Positions 62,853-64,000 of a stretch of DNA of 64,000 bases are shown here, piece by piece. The notes beneath the pieces were generated by a model. That model was given only the letters and a program-made list of their open reading frames with translations. It was not told the DNA's origin and ran no database searches. Origin of the DNA: an uncultured Gammaproteobacteria bacterium (GTDB lineage: Bacteria > Patescibacteriota > Patescibacteriia > Patescibacteriales > GWC2-42-12); assembly GCA_964431805.1 (NCBI GenBank), contig CAYSKV010000004.1, positions 12,201 through 76,200 on the forward strand, read 5' to 3'. Position 1 is the stretch's first letter. Each line of letters opens with the position of its first letter. The translations under genes were made by a program, and so were the position numbers.

Positions 62853-62953
62853 CCCCAGTTAGAAATTAATTAATGGTTTAATTATTCTGGTTATATTAAG
62901 TAAAAATAAAATAATTACTGCGATGAAAAAACAAAAAAGAAATTCTAACGGGG
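62853..62953 (+). promoter_or_regulatory. Imperfect inverted repeat of the CCCCGTTAGA family spanning the ybeY start codon
   Basis: CCCCAGTTAGAAATT (62853-62867) versus AATTCTAACGGGG (62941-62953): 4 + 7 bp with one bulged A. ATG 62923 lies between the arms. Confidence 0.5.
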
Positions 62954-63360
62954 TAAAGCTAGAAATTAATAATCAAACCAAACATAAAATTGACTCGAAA
63001 TTAATAGAAAAAGTTATTAAAGTTTTCGGCCGAGTTTATAAAATAAATAAAAATAAAGAGATCTCTTTAGCTTTTGTAAGCGATAATGAAATAAAGAAAT
63101 TAAATAAATCATATCGCGGTTTTAATAAGCCGACCGATATTTTATCTTTTCCTGGCGAAGGCGATTTTTTAGGAGAAATTATTATTGATTACGATCAAAT
63201 TAAGCGCCAAGCGGTTAATTTTAAAAATAGCGCTAAGCAAGAGTTAATTTTTATTTTGATCCACGGCCTACTGCATTTAGTCGGCTACGATGATAAAACC
63301 GATAAGGCCAGAGAAAAGATGATAAAGCTAGGCGAGAAATTTATAAAAAATTATTTATGA
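62923..63360 (+). CDS. ybeY: rRNA maturation endoribonuclease YbeY
   Basis: Zinc motif HGLLHLVGYDD, and TDILSFP. Confidence 0.92.
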   Translation: MKKQKRNSNGVKLEINNQTKHKIDSKLIEKVIKVFGRVYKINKNKEISLAFVSDNEIKKLNKSYRGFNKPTDILSFPGEGDFLGEIIIDYDQIKRQAVNFKNSAKQELIFILIHGLLHLVGYDDKTDKAREKMIKLGEKFIKNYL

Positions 63361-63728
63361 TAAGAATTAGTAGATTATTAAAAAGTTATAGTTATGCTAT
63401 TAGGGGGTTATTTAAAACTTTTCGCGAAGAGCAAAATTTAAAAATTCAGACTATCGCTAGTTTAGTTGTTTTAATTTTAGGAATTTATTTTTCTATTAGC
63501 CGGATTGAATGGGCAATTTTAGTATTAGTGGTTTGTTTAGTTTTGACCGCTGAAATTGCTAATAGCGCGATTGAACGAGTAACTGATGTTTTAAAACCAA
63601 GAATCAATACTTATATAAAAGAAATAAAAGACATAATGGCGGCGGCGGTTTTACTTTCGTCAATCGCGGCCATAATTATTGGCGTGATTATATTTTTTCC
63701 TTACCTGTATAAGTTTTTTGGACATTAA
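63357..63728 (+). CDS. dgkA: Diacylglycerol/undecaprenol kinase (DgkA family)
   Basis: 123 aa, three TM segments, EIANSAIERVTD and KDIMAAAVLL. Overlaps the ybeY stop by 4 nt. Confidence 0.88.
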   Translation: MIRISRLLKSYSYAIRGLFKTFREEQNLKIQTIASLVVLILGIYFSISRIEWAILVLVVCLVLTAEIANSAIERVTDVLKPRINTYIKEIKDIMAAAVLLSSIAAIIIGVIIFFPYLYKFFGH

Positions 63729-63747
63729 GATAATTATTTAGTATAAT
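63718..63747 (+). promoter_or_regulatory. sigma70-type promoter firing into the ftsA-upstream structured element
   Basis: TTGGAC (63718-63723), 18-nt spacer, TATAAT (63742-63747). Confidence 0.55.
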
Positions 63748-63749
63748 AA

Positions 63750-63926
63750 AGAGATAGTTACAAAACTATTTTGTAACGAAATTTAGATATTTTTTGCCAA
63801 GACGAGGAAGGCCAGCAAAATGATTGAGTCGTAGCAATAGCTACGGCGAAATAACTTTGCGCCAGCTTGACGAAGTATTGATAGAAAATAGCAAATTGCA
63901 GTAAAAATAATTTTGTAACTATCTCT
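63750..63926 (+). ncRNA. Candidate structured leader/sRNA or MITE-like element closed by a 23-nt inverted repeat
   Basis: AGAGATAGTTACAAAACTATTTT (63750-63772) versus AAAATAATTTTGTAACTATCTCT (63904-63926), 22/23 complementary. A competing local hairpin is GTTACAAAA-CTA-TTTTGTAAC (63757-63777). An inner hairpin is CGTAGC-AATA-GCTACG. Confidence 0.45.
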
Positions 63927-63934
63927 AACGATAT

Positions 63935-64000
63935 ATGAAAGATAACATTATTGCCGGACTTGATATCGGCTCAACTTCCATTAGACTTGTAGCCGGTCAA
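63935..64000 (+). CDS. ftsA: Cell division protein FtsA, N-terminal fragment (runs off the window)
   Basis: MKDNIIAGLDIGSTSIRLVAGQ is the actin-like ATPase phosphate-1 motif typical of FtsA. Confidence 0.75.
   Translation, partial: MKDNIIAGLDIGSTSIRLVAGQ

Noticed and set aside
1-64000. Alternative genetic code (UGA recoding, as in some candidate phyla)
   Set aside because: TGA terminates glyQS at the expected C-terminus (4892-4894). All conserved genes have normal lengths under the standard code.
1-64000. tRNA, rRNA, tmRNA, SRP, RNase P or 6S genes in the long spacers (1873-2066, 6788-6996, 7996-8320, 11345-11887, 27844-28142, 45120-45550, 63729-63934)
   Set aside because: I found no cloverleaf with a GTTCGAATC-like T-loop. 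I also found no SRP GGAA/AGCA domain IV motif and no RNase P GAGGAAAGTCC box. The structured elements are therefore reported as unclassified candidates.

Overview
This is a 64-kb window of a low-GC, gene-dense bacterial chromosome. It uses the standard genetic code: TGA ends glyQS at 4892-4894. Housekeeping genes make up most of it: rpsA, glyQS, ftsH, ruvA, a FemAB-like gene, a Mur ligase, rpoB-rpoC, a four-subunit pyruvate:ferredoxin oxidoreductase, xth, leuS, rsmA, topA, dprA, pth, der, an LCP gene, lepB, hisS, rpsU, yqeY, a RelA/SpoT homolog, ybeY, dgkA and the start of ftsA. Many membrane-anchored, cysteine-rich surface proteins carry a TrbC/VirB2-like pilin hairpin. Together with near-consensus TTGACA-17-TATAAT promoters and scarce Shine-Dalgarno sites, this resembles a Candidate Phyla Radiation / Patescibacteria genome; that placement is inference only. 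I found no rRNA, tRNA, CRISPR array, transposase or integrase.

The main observations are:
1. The por operon is split. Five co-directional genes sit between porA and porB: two pilin-like exported proteins (one fused to a lysozyme-like domain), an anchored protein, and a DUF4258/DUF2283 toxin-antitoxin-like pair.
2. LeuRS carries an inserted domain of about 165 aa with a perfect NUDIX box.
3. Two tandem histidine kinases share a 1,145-bp segment that is 100% identical, flanked by diverged sequence.
4. The inverted repeat CCCCGTTAGA / TCTAACGGGG brackets the start codons of three unrelated genes (rpsA, porD, ybeY).
5. Several intergenic structured elements are bounded by a promoter and a terminator. 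They include two diverged copies of a ~150-nt element with compensatory stem changes, and a long-hairpin RNA whose CCUCCU loop matches the Shine-Dalgarno site of a neighbouring orphan gene.
6. A surface-protein cluster contains a roughly 1,800-aa cysteine-rich giant protein.

All family assignments come from motifs I read in the translations. No database searches were run.
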